The translations under genes were made by a program, and so were the position numbers. From positions 4,384,001 to 4,448,000 of the forward strand of contig CP170459.1 of assembly GCA_047947115.1 (NCBI GenBank): 64,000 nucleotides of DNA. Reading direction: 5' to 3'. Below are positions 50,481 to 59,455 of this stretch, one piece after another (position 1 is the stretch's first letter; every line of letters begins with the position of its first letter). This stretch comes from Verrucomicrobiota bacterium. GTDB lineage: Bacteria > Verrucomicrobiota > Verrucomicrobiia > Limisphaerales > AAA164-E04. The notes below the pieces were generated by a model. That model saw only the letters and a list, made by a program, of their open reading frames with translations. It had not been told where the DNA came from and did no database searches.

Positions 50481-51245
50481 ATGGAGTCGTCACAAAGAAC
50501 CATCAAGTTGAAACTGATCATCGCCTATCACGGAGGCCATTATCAGGGCTGGCAAACCCAGAAAATAGGAACGGGCGTTCAAAGCCTGGTGGAAAGTTGT
50601 TTGAAACGCTTTTTTCCCGATGCCGGCCCCCTGTGCGGATCCAGCCGCACGGACACAGGGGTGCACGCCCTGGGAATGACGGCGCATGTGGAAATCCCCG
50701 CCACATCCTTTCACATGGAACCACGCAAGATGCGATTAGCCATGAACGCCCACCTTCCGGACGACATCCGCATCATCACCGTCACCCGAGTTCCCCTCAG
50801 GTTTCACGCACGATTTGATGCCAAGGGAAAGCAATATCAATATGTTATCTGGAATCATCCGTCGATGAATCCATTGTTGCAGGGTTTGGGGTGGCACGTA
50901 CCGGTGGCTTTGGACCTGAAAGCCATGCAGAAAGCCTCCGCACATTTTCTGGGTAAGCGCGATTTCAGATCCGTTGCTTCCAACCGTAATTACGCCTACG
51001 AAAGCACCGTGCGCACCTTGACCCGATGTGATGTGAGAAAAAAAGGAGCCGAATACACAGTCATCATCGAAGGAGACGGATTTCTCTACAAAATGTGTCG
51101 AGGCATTGTTGGGACCCTGGTCGCGGTGGGGAAAGGAAAGTGGACCCCGGATGACATCCCCCCCCTCCTTTTAGAAAAAAACAGGGAGGCCACCGGCATG
51201 AACGCCCCCGCCTGTGGTCTGACATTGCACAAGGTGTTTTATTGA
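50481..51245 (+). CDS. truA: tRNA pseudouridine(38-40) synthase
   Basis: Y.G..Y.GWQ, SRTDTGVHA, FHARF, GFLYKMCR, APACGL.L..V.Y. Confidence 0.96.
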   Translation: MESSQRTIKLKLIIAYHGGHYQGWQTQKIGTGVQSLVESCLKRFFPDAGPLCGSSRTDTGVHALGMTAHVEIPATSFHMEPRKMRLAMNAHLPDDIRIITVTRVPLRFHARFDAKGKQYQYVIWNHPSMNPLLQGLGWHVPVALDLKAMQKASAHFLGKRDFRSVASNRNYAYESTVRTLTRCDVRKKGAEYTVIIEGDGFLYKMCRGIVGTLVAVGKGKWTPDDIPPLLLEKNREATGMNAPACGLTLHKVFY

Positions 51246-51249
51246 TCCG

Positions 51250-52614
51250 CTAAGCTGAGAGGAAATTCAAAAACCTGAAGTCATTGGGATTATCCAATTG
51301 CCCGATGGAATATCCCGGCATCAATTGATCCATCATCGTGGCATCATCCCCGAAATGCCGTTGAAAGATCTCACCAAACACAGCGCGAAAATCGGAGCGT
51401 CGAGAAAGGTAGCGGTTTCGTGCGTTAAACATCGCGTTATCTTCCCATGTGCTCGCATCACAATTGTATACACCACCTTTGACACCGCCCCCAGCCACAA
51501 ACATGACGCTCGATTCGGCGTGATCAGTACCTCTGCTGCCGTTTTCCTTCGAGGTCCGGCCAAATTCGGTCATGGTCACCACGATCAAATCTTCCCATTG
51601 GGACTGAAGGTCCCGGTGAAGAGCCTGTAGCCCCTGAGCCAATTCCGTCAACAAATTGGGATGATTTCCAGTCAATTGTCCCTGATTTTGATGTGTATCG
51701 AATCCGCCACGCCGAAGACCGATAATTTTAACCGGAGTCCTTTTCATCAGCATGGCCGCCTCCTGCAATTTATCTCCAAAAGAACCATTTGGATATACAG
51801 CTCCATTTTCGGGAGTGTAACCACCGACCGACAAAGCATCTTGAACGACCATCATTGTCCTTCCCAAAGCCTGACCTGCACCATGAACAAGATTTCTGTA
51901 GGGTTTATTGGGCTGTCCGGGAACAGCACCGTAGAGGCCCATGATCGCCTTTCCATCCGAAGCGGTTGGGCCACTAGGCAGCGTTCCCAAAAATTTATTG
52001 CCCTCGGGAAAAGTAAAATTTCTGGCGCGACTGAAGTTGGGGATCATGTTGGGGCCTTTCAGGGCAACCAACTGGTTGGAGCTTAAACCAGCTGCAACAA
52101 AGGCATTGTCCGGATGGTTCAAATTAAAGTTTGCATTGATGTGACGATAAATCATCCCTTCTTCAGTCTCAGCATCTCCCGGAATACCATTCTGCCAAAA
52201 ATGTTGACTATCAAAGTGAGATCTGGACTGCCCGTCATATCCAATTCGATGAAGCACGGCGAGATTTCCCGCACCCGTTTGACCGTTGAGAGAGGAATGA
52301 TTGTAAATCTCCATCATCGGTTGCAAGGAAGGGTGGAATTGAGCAAATCCATTCCCCGAATCCAGGCATAGATTCTCAGGAATATACAATCTTGGACGAT
52401 TACTCGCATTGTAATCCTGATCCCCTCGAGGAATGATCGTGTTCAAACCATCATTTCCTCCCTGTTGAAAAATGAAAATCATCTTTCGTTCCTTGGGAAG
52501 GGTTGCAGCCTGAAGACGCCGCTGAAACAAGGTGGGAGTCACCATGTTCAATCCAATGGCGGAAAAGGCCAAGGCTTGCTTCTTTAAAAAATCACGTCGG
52601 TTAAAGATTTGCAT
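51250..52614 (-). CDS. DUF1501 family protein (Tat-exported)
   Basis: NRRDFLK leader; GGNDGLN, RSHF, GGFDTH, TEFGRT..NG..GTDH, GG.VKGG. Confidence 0.92.
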   Translation of the reverse strand: MQIFNRRDFLKKQALAFSAIGLNMVTPTLFQRRLQAATLPKERKMIFIFQQGGNDGLNTIIPRGDQDYNASNRPRLYIPENLCLDSGNGFAQFHPSLQPMMEIYNHSSLNGQTGAGNLAVLHRIGYDGQSRSHFDSQHFWQNGIPGDAETEEGMIYRHINANFNLNHPDNAFVAAGLSSNQLVALKGPNMIPNFSRARNFTFPEGNKFLGTLPSGPTASDGKAIMGLYGAVPGQPNKPYRNLVHGAGQALGRTMMVVQDALSVGGYTPENGAVYPNGSFGDKLQEAAMLMKRTPVKIIGLRRGGFDTHQNQGQLTGNHPNLLTELAQGLQALHRDLQSQWEDLIVVTMTEFGRTSKENGSRGTDHAESSVMFVAGGGVKGGVYNCDASTWEDNAMFNARNRYLSRRSDFRAVFGEIFQRHFGDDATMMDQLMPGYSIGQLDNPNDFRFLNFLSA

Positions 52615-52668
52615 GACGATATTTGATGGATGTTAAATGAATTGTCTTATGGTTGATCGGCATTGGCA

Positions 52669-55600
52669 CTATTGATAATGCATTTCAGGCAGCGCCATGA
52701 TAATGCTGATTAACTGCCCCACTCTTTCAAGATAATCACTGCGACTCGGATCAAGCACGCGACGACGTCCCTGATTGTCAGTCAAAGCAAAGTCCTTGAT
52801 TAAATCTTTGGATTGTTCGGGAAGCATTCCGTTGAAAAGCATCTCATCGAAATGGTTGATAATCTCGTCCTCGGTCTCAAGGTTGTTGTCGGTCAAATAA
52901 CGGCGTATGGACCAACGCATCAGTATGTTGTTGTTCGGATACTTGCCCAAACGTGTTGCAAAATTCATACGTTCGAGCATGGACCCTGTATTGATCCAAT
53001 CGAACCCGTATTCCGACCATCCATCCGGGTCATCCCGGGTGAACAAATGCATCCCCATGGCTTCGTTAAAATCTGGAAGTCCTTCCAAATCCACCAGCCA
53101 ATCCACAGCTCGAACCAAGCTGTTGATATATTCGACCGGAGTTTTGATTTTCGATTGGAAGACAGATTGTGTCCAAAAGATGTTGTTTTGATCATCACGA
53201 TCAAAAATGGAGGCCAAAACTGTTCCAATGTGTCCGACCGGTTCGGCATCCTGCCAGGCCTGAATAGCGCGGTCCACCATCCCGATCAAGTGCGAAGGGG
53301 CTGAACCGTCCTTGTAACTGCGAAGCGAGATATCGTCGGACACGAATTTATTGATCAATTTGACGCAGATGAATTCGCGTGTGGAAGGATGATTTGCCAT
53401 CATCCGAATCACATCCAGGGCATCATTCAACCCCTCCAAACCTTGCCGTCCCTCAGGTATCCTAATTTCCCATTCCGTTCCCTCGAACAATATTTTCTCG
53501 CCGTAATCGTGCGCTGCAGGATCGAATCGAAAGGTCCACTCACCATTCGGGTCATCGGTTTCGATAATGGTTGCATTCAGCTCTCTCGAAACCAGTCTGG
53601 GCAATATGGACAGATCACTACTCGTGCGAGACACATTATGAACTTGAATGGAAAGAATATTTTCTTGAGGAAACGGGTTAAAAAAGCGCCCGTAACGAAG
53701 CAGACTAATTTCGTCACTCTGATCAGTGACCTCGTGATTGGAAGAAGCTGTTTCGGTAAATCGTGGAGGATTCCCGGCTTGCTCCATGTTCGAACTCCGT
53801 GCAATCTCTCTCCCATTCAAATAAGCGACATATCCATCGTCGTAACTTATCGACAAGGCCATTTGAGTTGTGTCGGCATTATCAGGCAACACAAACGAGC
53901 GACGGAGATAAACACTGGTATAGTTGTTCCTCATATCACTCAGAACAGTAGCGTCATCACCATCACCATACCCAATCCCGGTGGAACCACTCAACCAGGT
54001 CGAATCATCAAAATCCTCGGTCGTCCACCCGGGTGTCATCGTGGTTTGATATTGAACGGGCTCACTCGTTCCTTTGAAATACTTCCATCCTGCCCCTATA
54101 TCCACAATGGGTTCTTCGACCTCGCTGACACTGGCTGTGGTAGGTGGGTGTGTCGCAGATTCCGGAAAGGAGGGAACCTGTTCCGGACGGACCTTACGAA
54201 TGTGCCATCCGGTAAAACATCGAGCCAATTCTTCGATATCTCTTTGCGTGTATCGATTATCTACCCCGAATGCAAAAAGCTCCAGGATTTCGCGTGCATA
54301 ATTTTCATTAGCCTCCCCAACCCGATTCAACACATTGTCCAGATAAATCAACATCGCAGGACTCGTGGCACTGTAGAGCAGCAAATCTCCAAAAGCGCCA
54401 AACGCGTGTTCATAAAAGAATTGATATTCTTTATATTCGATTTGAGACGCTTCTTGCGCTGCCTGGAAGTAAGGCATGGAATCGCGCCCGAACGAATCCT
54501 CCAGATCATCCATGTAATCAACGGTTTTATCGTAATCGGTCGTGAAGTGATTCTCCCAAAATTCACCCATAACAGCCTGCAACTGGCGTTTACTGTACAT
54601 GCCCCGTGCATGGATGAGTTGCTGAAGAGATTCGATATCATTAATGCGTTGATGTTCCAGTCCGGGCAAATAATGACGATTGATCAGTTCGGGAACAAGA
54701 ATGGCATCTGAACTGGTGTATTCGGTGTTATGCAGCTCGATGGCAAATGTATTCACACCGGCAACCAACAACGATTTATGGTTCGAAAGGTCAAAAACAA
54801 CAAAATCCGGGTCACCTTCTGCGTTTTCAGCCTTGGCGCGGTAGGAGGGACGAATGGTCGTCCCCATGTTGGCACGTGCCACCTCGGTTCCATTCAGATA
54901 GGCGATAAAACCATCATCAAAAATGATCCGCAAAAGCAATCCGTCAATTTCAGCAGGATCTCCAATCTCAAATTGATGCCGAACGAAAAAACTCAGATAT
55001 CCTTCCTGTGCTTCCTCGCCATCTTCAATTCGACGCATGTCGCCAAGGGTTGTGGTGATAAAATCTCTCCTTTCTTGCCCATCATTGGAATAACCAAATC
55101 CCGATCGTGCCACAAACCACCCGGCATCCTGTGTCGTATTGTAATCGGGCTCAATCCACTCATAGGGAGGTGCCACGTTCCCTTTTTTCACATACCAACG
55201 ATCCCCCTTTTCGATCAGTTTGATGTCATTTCCGGGTTTGTATTCATGGAAAAGTGTCCGATGCGCCAAAGCAAGCCCCTCGTGCCCGGAATCATCTATC
55301 TGGCTGGGATGCAACTGTTGATCAATATATGCGTCCAATCCGGCAGTCTGAATCCAACTCCTATCAGAAGGAGTCGGCCCGTATGCCAAACGATTGAGCG
55401 CATGGTTGATGGACTCGGATTGCGTTAGTGAAGCTCCCCCCGGGTTGCTGGCTTCAAAGTGAAAATAGTCGCCACCCATGAAGGATGCTGTTGGCACCTC
55501 CGGTTCAATTCCGGCACTGATTTTGAGAAATGTTGTCTGGCCGGGTTCTGGAATGAAGAACGTTGCGGTGCCAGCATATCCGAATAATCCACCGGAAACC

Positions 55601-55794
55601 AATGGATGATCCAGAGGGGATCGAAGGTCACTCCCCGATTCGATCAATATGTGCCCATACCCATCCGGCACATCGACTTGTAGTCCCAACTGCCCGTTTT
55701 GCAGCTGAAAGGACTGAATCACTGGAGCCTCAGCAGCCTGCAGCGCCTGTCCTAAACAACTCAGCCCCAATAAAAATGCAACCCTCCTCTTCAT
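52669..55794 (-). CDS. DUF1800 family protein with two inserted beta-sandwich modules
   Basis: HALNRLAYGP, QLQAVM.EFW.NHF, PAML.YLDN, NENYAREILELF..GV, LARCFTGW, KTPVE. Signal peptide at MKRRVAF. Confidence 0.92.
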   Translation of the reverse strand: MKRRVAFLLGLSCLGQALQAAEAPVIQSFQLQNGQLGLQVDVPDGYGHILIESGSDLRSPLDHPLVSGGLFGYAGTATFFIPEPGQTTFLKISAGIEPEVPTASFMGGDYFHFEASNPGGASLTQSESINHALNRLAYGPTPSDRSWIQTAGLDAYIDQQLHPSQIDDSGHEGLALAHRTLFHEYKPGNDIKLIEKGDRWYVKKGNVAPPYEWIEPDYNTTQDAGWFVARSGFGYSNDGQERRDFITTTLGDMRRIEDGEEAQEGYLSFFVRHQFEIGDPAEIDGLLLRIIFDDGFIAYLNGTEVARANMGTTIRPSYRAKAENAEGDPDFVVFDLSNHKSLLVAGVNTFAIELHNTEYTSSDAILVPELINRHYLPGLEHQRINDIESLQQLIHARGMYSKRQLQAVMGEFWENHFTTDYDKTVDYMDDLEDSFGRDSMPYFQAAQEASQIEYKEYQFFYEHAFGAFGDLLLYSATSPAMLIYLDNVLNRVGEANENYAREILELFAFGVDNRYTQRDIEELARCFTGWHIRKVRPEQVPSFPESATHPPTTASVSEVEEPIVDIGAGWKYFKGTSEPVQYQTTMTPGWTTEDFDDSTWLSGSTGIGYGDGDDATVLSDMRNNYTSVYLRRSFVLPDNADTTQMALSISYDDGYVAYLNGREIARSSNMEQAGNPPRFTETASSNHEVTDQSDEISLLRYGRFFNPFPQENILSIQVHNVSRTSSDLSILPRLVSRELNATIIETDDPNGEWTFRFDPAAHDYGEKILFEGTEWEIRIPEGRQGLEGLNDALDVIRMMANHPSTREFICVKLINKFVSDDISLRSYKDGSAPSHLIGMVDRAIQAWQDAEPVGHIGTVLASIFDRDDQNNIFWTQSVFQSKIKTPVEYINSLVRAVDWLVDLEGLPDFNEAMGMHLFTRDDPDGWSEYGFDWINTGSMLERMNFATRLGKYPNNNILMRWSIRRYLTDNNLETEDEIINHFDEMLFNGMLPEQSKDLIKDFALTDNQGRRRVLDPSRSDYLERVGQLISIIMALPEMHYQ

Positions 55795-55960
55795 GTTCCA
55801 AGCTCTCATATGGTAATGATCTCTGGAGTCAAAGACGACCCGCTTCGATTTGAATTTGATTCTCGCGTTTGATAGCACAATTTTGAAAGCTTAATCCGTA
55901 CCGGAATCCAATTAATTTCAAATTCTCGACATTTTTCCAGAATTTTCACAACATTCGACC

Positions 55961-57418
55961 ATGTCAAAACCAACACCATTAGTGAACATGCAGGTTCCCT
56001 GGGAAGAGGCCTTGCGCGCTGTCGTCGGCCCCGAAGCATTGCTGACCGACCCCGAAAAACTGATGGTCTACGAGTGTGATGCCCTCACGCTGGAGAAAAA
56101 AATCCCCCAGGCGGTGGTGCTCCCAGCCTCGGTTGAAGAGGTGGCTGAAGTGGTTCGCATTTGCGCCGTGCATAAACTTCCCATCATTCCAAGAGGAGCC
56201 GGCACCAGCCTTAGCGGTGCCGTGCTTGCAGTGGATGGAGGCATCACCATCTGTCTCTCAAGGATGCAAAAGGTACTGGAGGTGGATTTTGAAAATCGAC
56301 GCGCACTGGTTGAAGCAGGCTGTGTCAATGCCTGGATCACCCGGGCTGTTCAGTCGAAAGGACTTTTCTATGCTCCCGATCCCTCCAGTCAATTCGCTTG
56401 TACTTTGGGCGGAAACGTTGCCACCAATTCAGGCGGACCCCACACGTTGAAGTACGGCGTCACCACCAATCACGTGCTCGGATATGAAATGGTATTGCCG
56501 GATGGAGAAATCGTCTGGTTGGGCACCACTCCGGACGGTGGGGAGGATCAAGACGGTCTGGATCTGCGAGGAGCAGGTATTGGCAGTGAGGGCATGTTTG
56601 GCATCGTGACACGCGTATTGGTCAAACTGGTTCCCAAACCTCAGGTTTTTAAAACCTTCCTGGCCGTGTTTGAGACGGTTGAGGATGCCAGCCGAACCGT
56701 CGGTGACATCATCAAGGCGGGCATTGTTCCCGGAGCTTTGGAGATGATGGATCAGCTCATCACCCGGGCCATCGAGGAAGCCTATCATTTTGGATTCCCG
56801 TTGGACGCCGGAGCGCTGCTGATCATCGAATTGGACGGAGCCGAAGCCGGTATGGATGCCCAGGTCCAACAAGTCGAGGCCATTTGCAATCAGAACGAAG
56901 CGCGAGAAATCCGTCTTGCACAATCCGAAGAAGAACGCACCCAGTTGTGGAAGTGCCGCAAACGTGCTTTTGGAGCCATCGGACGTATCAGCCCGAACTA
57001 CCTGACACAGGACGGAGTGGTCCCACGCTCCAAGCTTCCCGCCATCATGGATTTCATCCGGCAAACTTCGGAAAAAGTTGGGCTGCGCATTCCCAATGTC
57101 TTTCATGCGGGCGATGGCAATATTCACCCCCTGATCCTTTTTGATGAACGCGATCCGGACGAGGTCAAGCGTGCCGTTCAGGCGGGCGAAGAGATACTCG
57201 AAAAATGCCTGGAGATGGGTGGCAGCGTTTCAGGAGAACATGGGATCGGGGTTGAAAAAGTCGATTTCATGGCAAAACAATTCACCAAAGCCGACCTTCA
57301 AGCGATGTTGGATGTCCGGCAGGTGTTTGATCCGGAACAACGTTGCAATCCCGACAAAATGTTCCCCACCTCCAAGCGCTGCGCCGACTTCATGATCCGA
57401 AAACAAGCGCCTGCTTGA
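55961..57418 (+). CDS. glcD: FAD-linked oxidase, glycolate oxidase subunit GlcD-like
   Basis: PRGAGTSLSG, YAPDPSSQ..CTLGGNVA.NSGGPHTLKYGVT, FHAGDGNIHP, GEHGIG.EK. Confidence 0.88.
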   Translation: MSKPTPLVNMQVPWEEALRAVVGPEALLTDPEKLMVYECDALTLEKKIPQAVVLPASVEEVAEVVRICAVHKLPIIPRGAGTSLSGAVLAVDGGITICLSRMQKVLEVDFENRRALVEAGCVNAWITRAVQSKGLFYAPDPSSQFACTLGGNVATNSGGPHTLKYGVTTNHVLGYEMVLPDGEIVWLGTTPDGGEDQDGLDLRGAGIGSEGMFGIVTRVLVKLVPKPQVFKTFLAVFETVEDASRTVGDIIKAGIVPGALEMMDQLITRAIEEAYHFGFPLDAGALLIIELDGAEAGMDAQVQQVEAICNQNEAREIRLAQSEEERTQLWKCRKRAFGAIGRISPNYLTQDGVVPRSKLPAIMDFIRQTSEKVGLRIPNVFHAGDGNIHPLILFDERDPDEVKRAVQAGEEILEKCLEMGGSVSGEHGIGVEKVDFMAKQFTKADLQAMLDVRQVFDPEQRCNPDKMFPTSKRCADFMIRKQAPA

Positions 57419-57489
57419 TATGTGGAGTGGCGATCAGTCAAAAAAAATTCGCAATGCTTTCCTTTTCATGTAGATTATGACGTCTGTTT

Positions 57490-57687
57490 GTGATGAGAAA
57501 CTTGCTTTACAAGGTGTTTGATATGTTTGGACGCGTATTCAGCCGCGATGAAGATCGGCTGACGCGATCGAAACTCGTTGGCATGTACCTCAACAGAACC
57601 AATCACAACAACTCCCTCTCCGTGGAAATGCAACGCACCCGCCAGCGACGCAACGGCAAGTTCTCCTCCAAACGGGAACGGCATTAG
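57490..57687 (+). CDS. Putative small basic protein (64-65 aa)
   Basis: Fills the gap after glcD; C-ending codon bias like neighbouring genes; upstream TTCGCA-N17-TAGATT with an A-tract. Confidence 0.5.
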   Translation: MMRNLLYKVFDMFGRVFSRDEDRLTRSKLVGMYLNRTNHNNSLSVEMQRTRQRRNGKFSSKRERH

Positions 57688-57721
57688 TTCCTGGGAGGTT
57701 GGGATCCTTCTCATTGCAGAC

Positions 57722-59155
57722 TCAGAAAACCTCGTGGAGTGGTCCTTCGATATCAGCCGGCAGGTCTTCGGATACCCCCTCAAAACGTTCACTCAATTCC
57801 AAAGCCAACCGCCTTACTTCCGGATCAGGAAAATCCTTGAGTCGTGCAATGGAGATTTTCATGGTATCTGTCAGCTTTTCCAAATACAGCAATGACCTAA
57901 GTGCCCATATTACCTGACCGTCCCTGTTATGGAGCGAGGTTTCCAGAGCGGAGATCAACTGTTCATGGCGCACACCATATTTGGCCAATAGATGCTGCAT
58001 TTGCGGATGTAAATGAGTCTTACCCTGAAAGAGTTCCAACTCCAACCGCTGCTTCAAAACTTGGTTGTCAGGAAATAACTGCAACACCATTTCCAGTTGA
58101 GCAAAACTTTGAAAATTGCATACCTCCGGAAAATTTTTCACCTGATTACGTGCCTTGGTCCACCAGGGAGAGATCTCCCCATCAAGCCTGGCCATCCCTA
58201 TGGCTGCGGATGCTTTCAACAACGGACTCTCTGCCTCTCTCCAAACCAACTCAAACAGTTCAACCTTCTCACTGGCGGGAATCTCCATATCATGCAGTTC
58301 CCTCAAGGAGGCCAAAGGATACATCACCGAGGATTTCATCTGCATATTGGAAATAAAATCACTCAATGCATCTCGAAAAACAGGAAAGAAATCAGAGGAA
58401 TATTGATATAGAAACGAAGCATTGAAGAAATTGTTCACATCTTCTCCCTCTTTGAGCCAACGGGAAGCAATATCATCGGGCAATGTGCAACGGATTCCCC
58501 TTTGTTTCATCAGATAAAACATCAAGCGCAATAACTGGTTTTCATCCTGATCCAGATAAGTCTCCAGCAGCGCATCCAGAGCGACTTGCTTGTCTGGATG
58601 ATGAACGAACCAGACGGTGGCTGCCGCGTTGGAGTCCTTTTCGCGTGCTAACGCAATCGTTCGAAAATATTCGAGAATTCTGGGATGACGCAGCAAATCG
58701 GACTCAAGACCAGCCAACAGTGCAAGAGCGCGTGTCCGGGATTGCTTTTGCAATGTGGGGGCTTGTACAGGAATGAGTTTCCTAAGGTTGCCTGGTAGCT
58801 TATCCAACCATGCAAAGACAGCCGATTCATGAAATTGCGCACACCCCAATAGATACAAAACTCCTTCATCCCCGGAGCGGGCAAACAACTCTTGAAGGTG
58901 GTTCTGATAAAAAATGTTCCCCCCGATCCACTCTTGGTAAGCCAACCCTTCAAACTCTTTGAGAGCCAACTGAGTTTTCCACTCCCCAAGCGATTTTCCT
59001 TTGTAGCGAAAAGGCCGGTGAACCATCAACACCAGGAGTAAGGCAACAAACGCCACCCCCAAAACTGCCAGAATAAAGGAAACAACAGGGTATTTCTGGG
59101 CAAATCGTTTGCTACCGCCAACAAAACGTGAACCAATGGACTCGGAAGGGGTCAT
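57722..59155 (-). CDS. Hypothetical single-TM alpha-helical (HEAT-like) protein
   Basis: N-terminal TM followed by 'YKGKSLGEW'; Leu-rich helices; terminal 'LKDFPDPEVRRLA'. Confidence 0.75.
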   Translation of the reverse strand: MTPSESIGSRFVGGSKRFAQKYPVVSFILAVLGVAFVALLLVLMVHRPFRYKGKSLGEWKTQLALKEFEGLAYQEWIGGNIFYQNHLQELFARSGDEGVLYLLGCAQFHESAVFAWLDKLPGNLRKLIPVQAPTLQKQSRTRALALLAGLESDLLRHPRILEYFRTIALAREKDSNAAATVWFVHHPDKQVALDALLETYLDQDENQLLRLMFYLMKQRGIRCTLPDDIASRWLKEGEDVNNFFNASFLYQYSSDFFPVFRDALSDFISNMQMKSSVMYPLASLRELHDMEIPASEKVELFELVWREAESPLLKASAAIGMARLDGEISPWWTKARNQVKNFPEVCNFQSFAQLEMVLQLFPDNQVLKQRLELELFQGKTHLHPQMQHLLAKYGVRHEQLISALETSLHNRDGQVIWALRSLLYLEKLTDTMKISIARLKDFPDPEVRRLALELSERFEGVSEDLPADIEGPLHEVF

Positions 59156-59156
59156 G

Positions 59157-59268
59157 TTAGTTTTTAGCCCTTAGCCTTTAGCCCTTAGCCCTTAGCCCTT
59201 AGCCCCTAGCCCCTAGCCCCTAGCCCCTAGCCCTTAGCCTTTAGCCCTTAGCTTTTAGTCTTTAGCTG
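59157..59268. repeat. Heptamer tandem array, 16 x YTAGnnn (mostly TTAGCCC/CTAGCCC)
   Basis: Counted directly; strict 7-nt period. Confidence 0.97.
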
Positions 59269-59286
59269 AGACCAAAAAGCCAATTG

Positions 59287-59454
59287 CTAAAACCTAAAAC
59301 CTAAAACCTAAAACCTAAAACCTAAGACCTAACAACTAACAACTAACAACTAACAACTAACAACTAACAACTAACAACTAACAACTAACAACTAACAACT
59401 AACAACTAACAACTAACAGCTAACAGCTAACAGCTAACAGCTAATAGCTAACAG
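59287..59454. repeat. Heptamer tandem array, 24 x CTAAnnn (5 CTAAAAC, 1 CTAAGAC, 12 CTAACAA, 5 CTAACAG, 1 CTAATAG)
   Basis: Counted directly; core CTAA is the reverse complement of the other array's TTAG. Confidence 0.97.
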
Positions 59455-59455
59455 C

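Noticed and set aside
55887..55904. Sigma54-like site upstream of the DUF1800 gene (CGGTAC-N5-AAGCT on the minus strand)
   Set aside because: Spacing is right but both boxes deviate from consensus; too weak to call.
59157..59454. CRISPR array or eukaryotic telomere contamination
   Set aside because: 7-nt units with no unique spacers and no cas genes. Units are not TTAGGG-type and are flanked seamlessly by bacterial genes.
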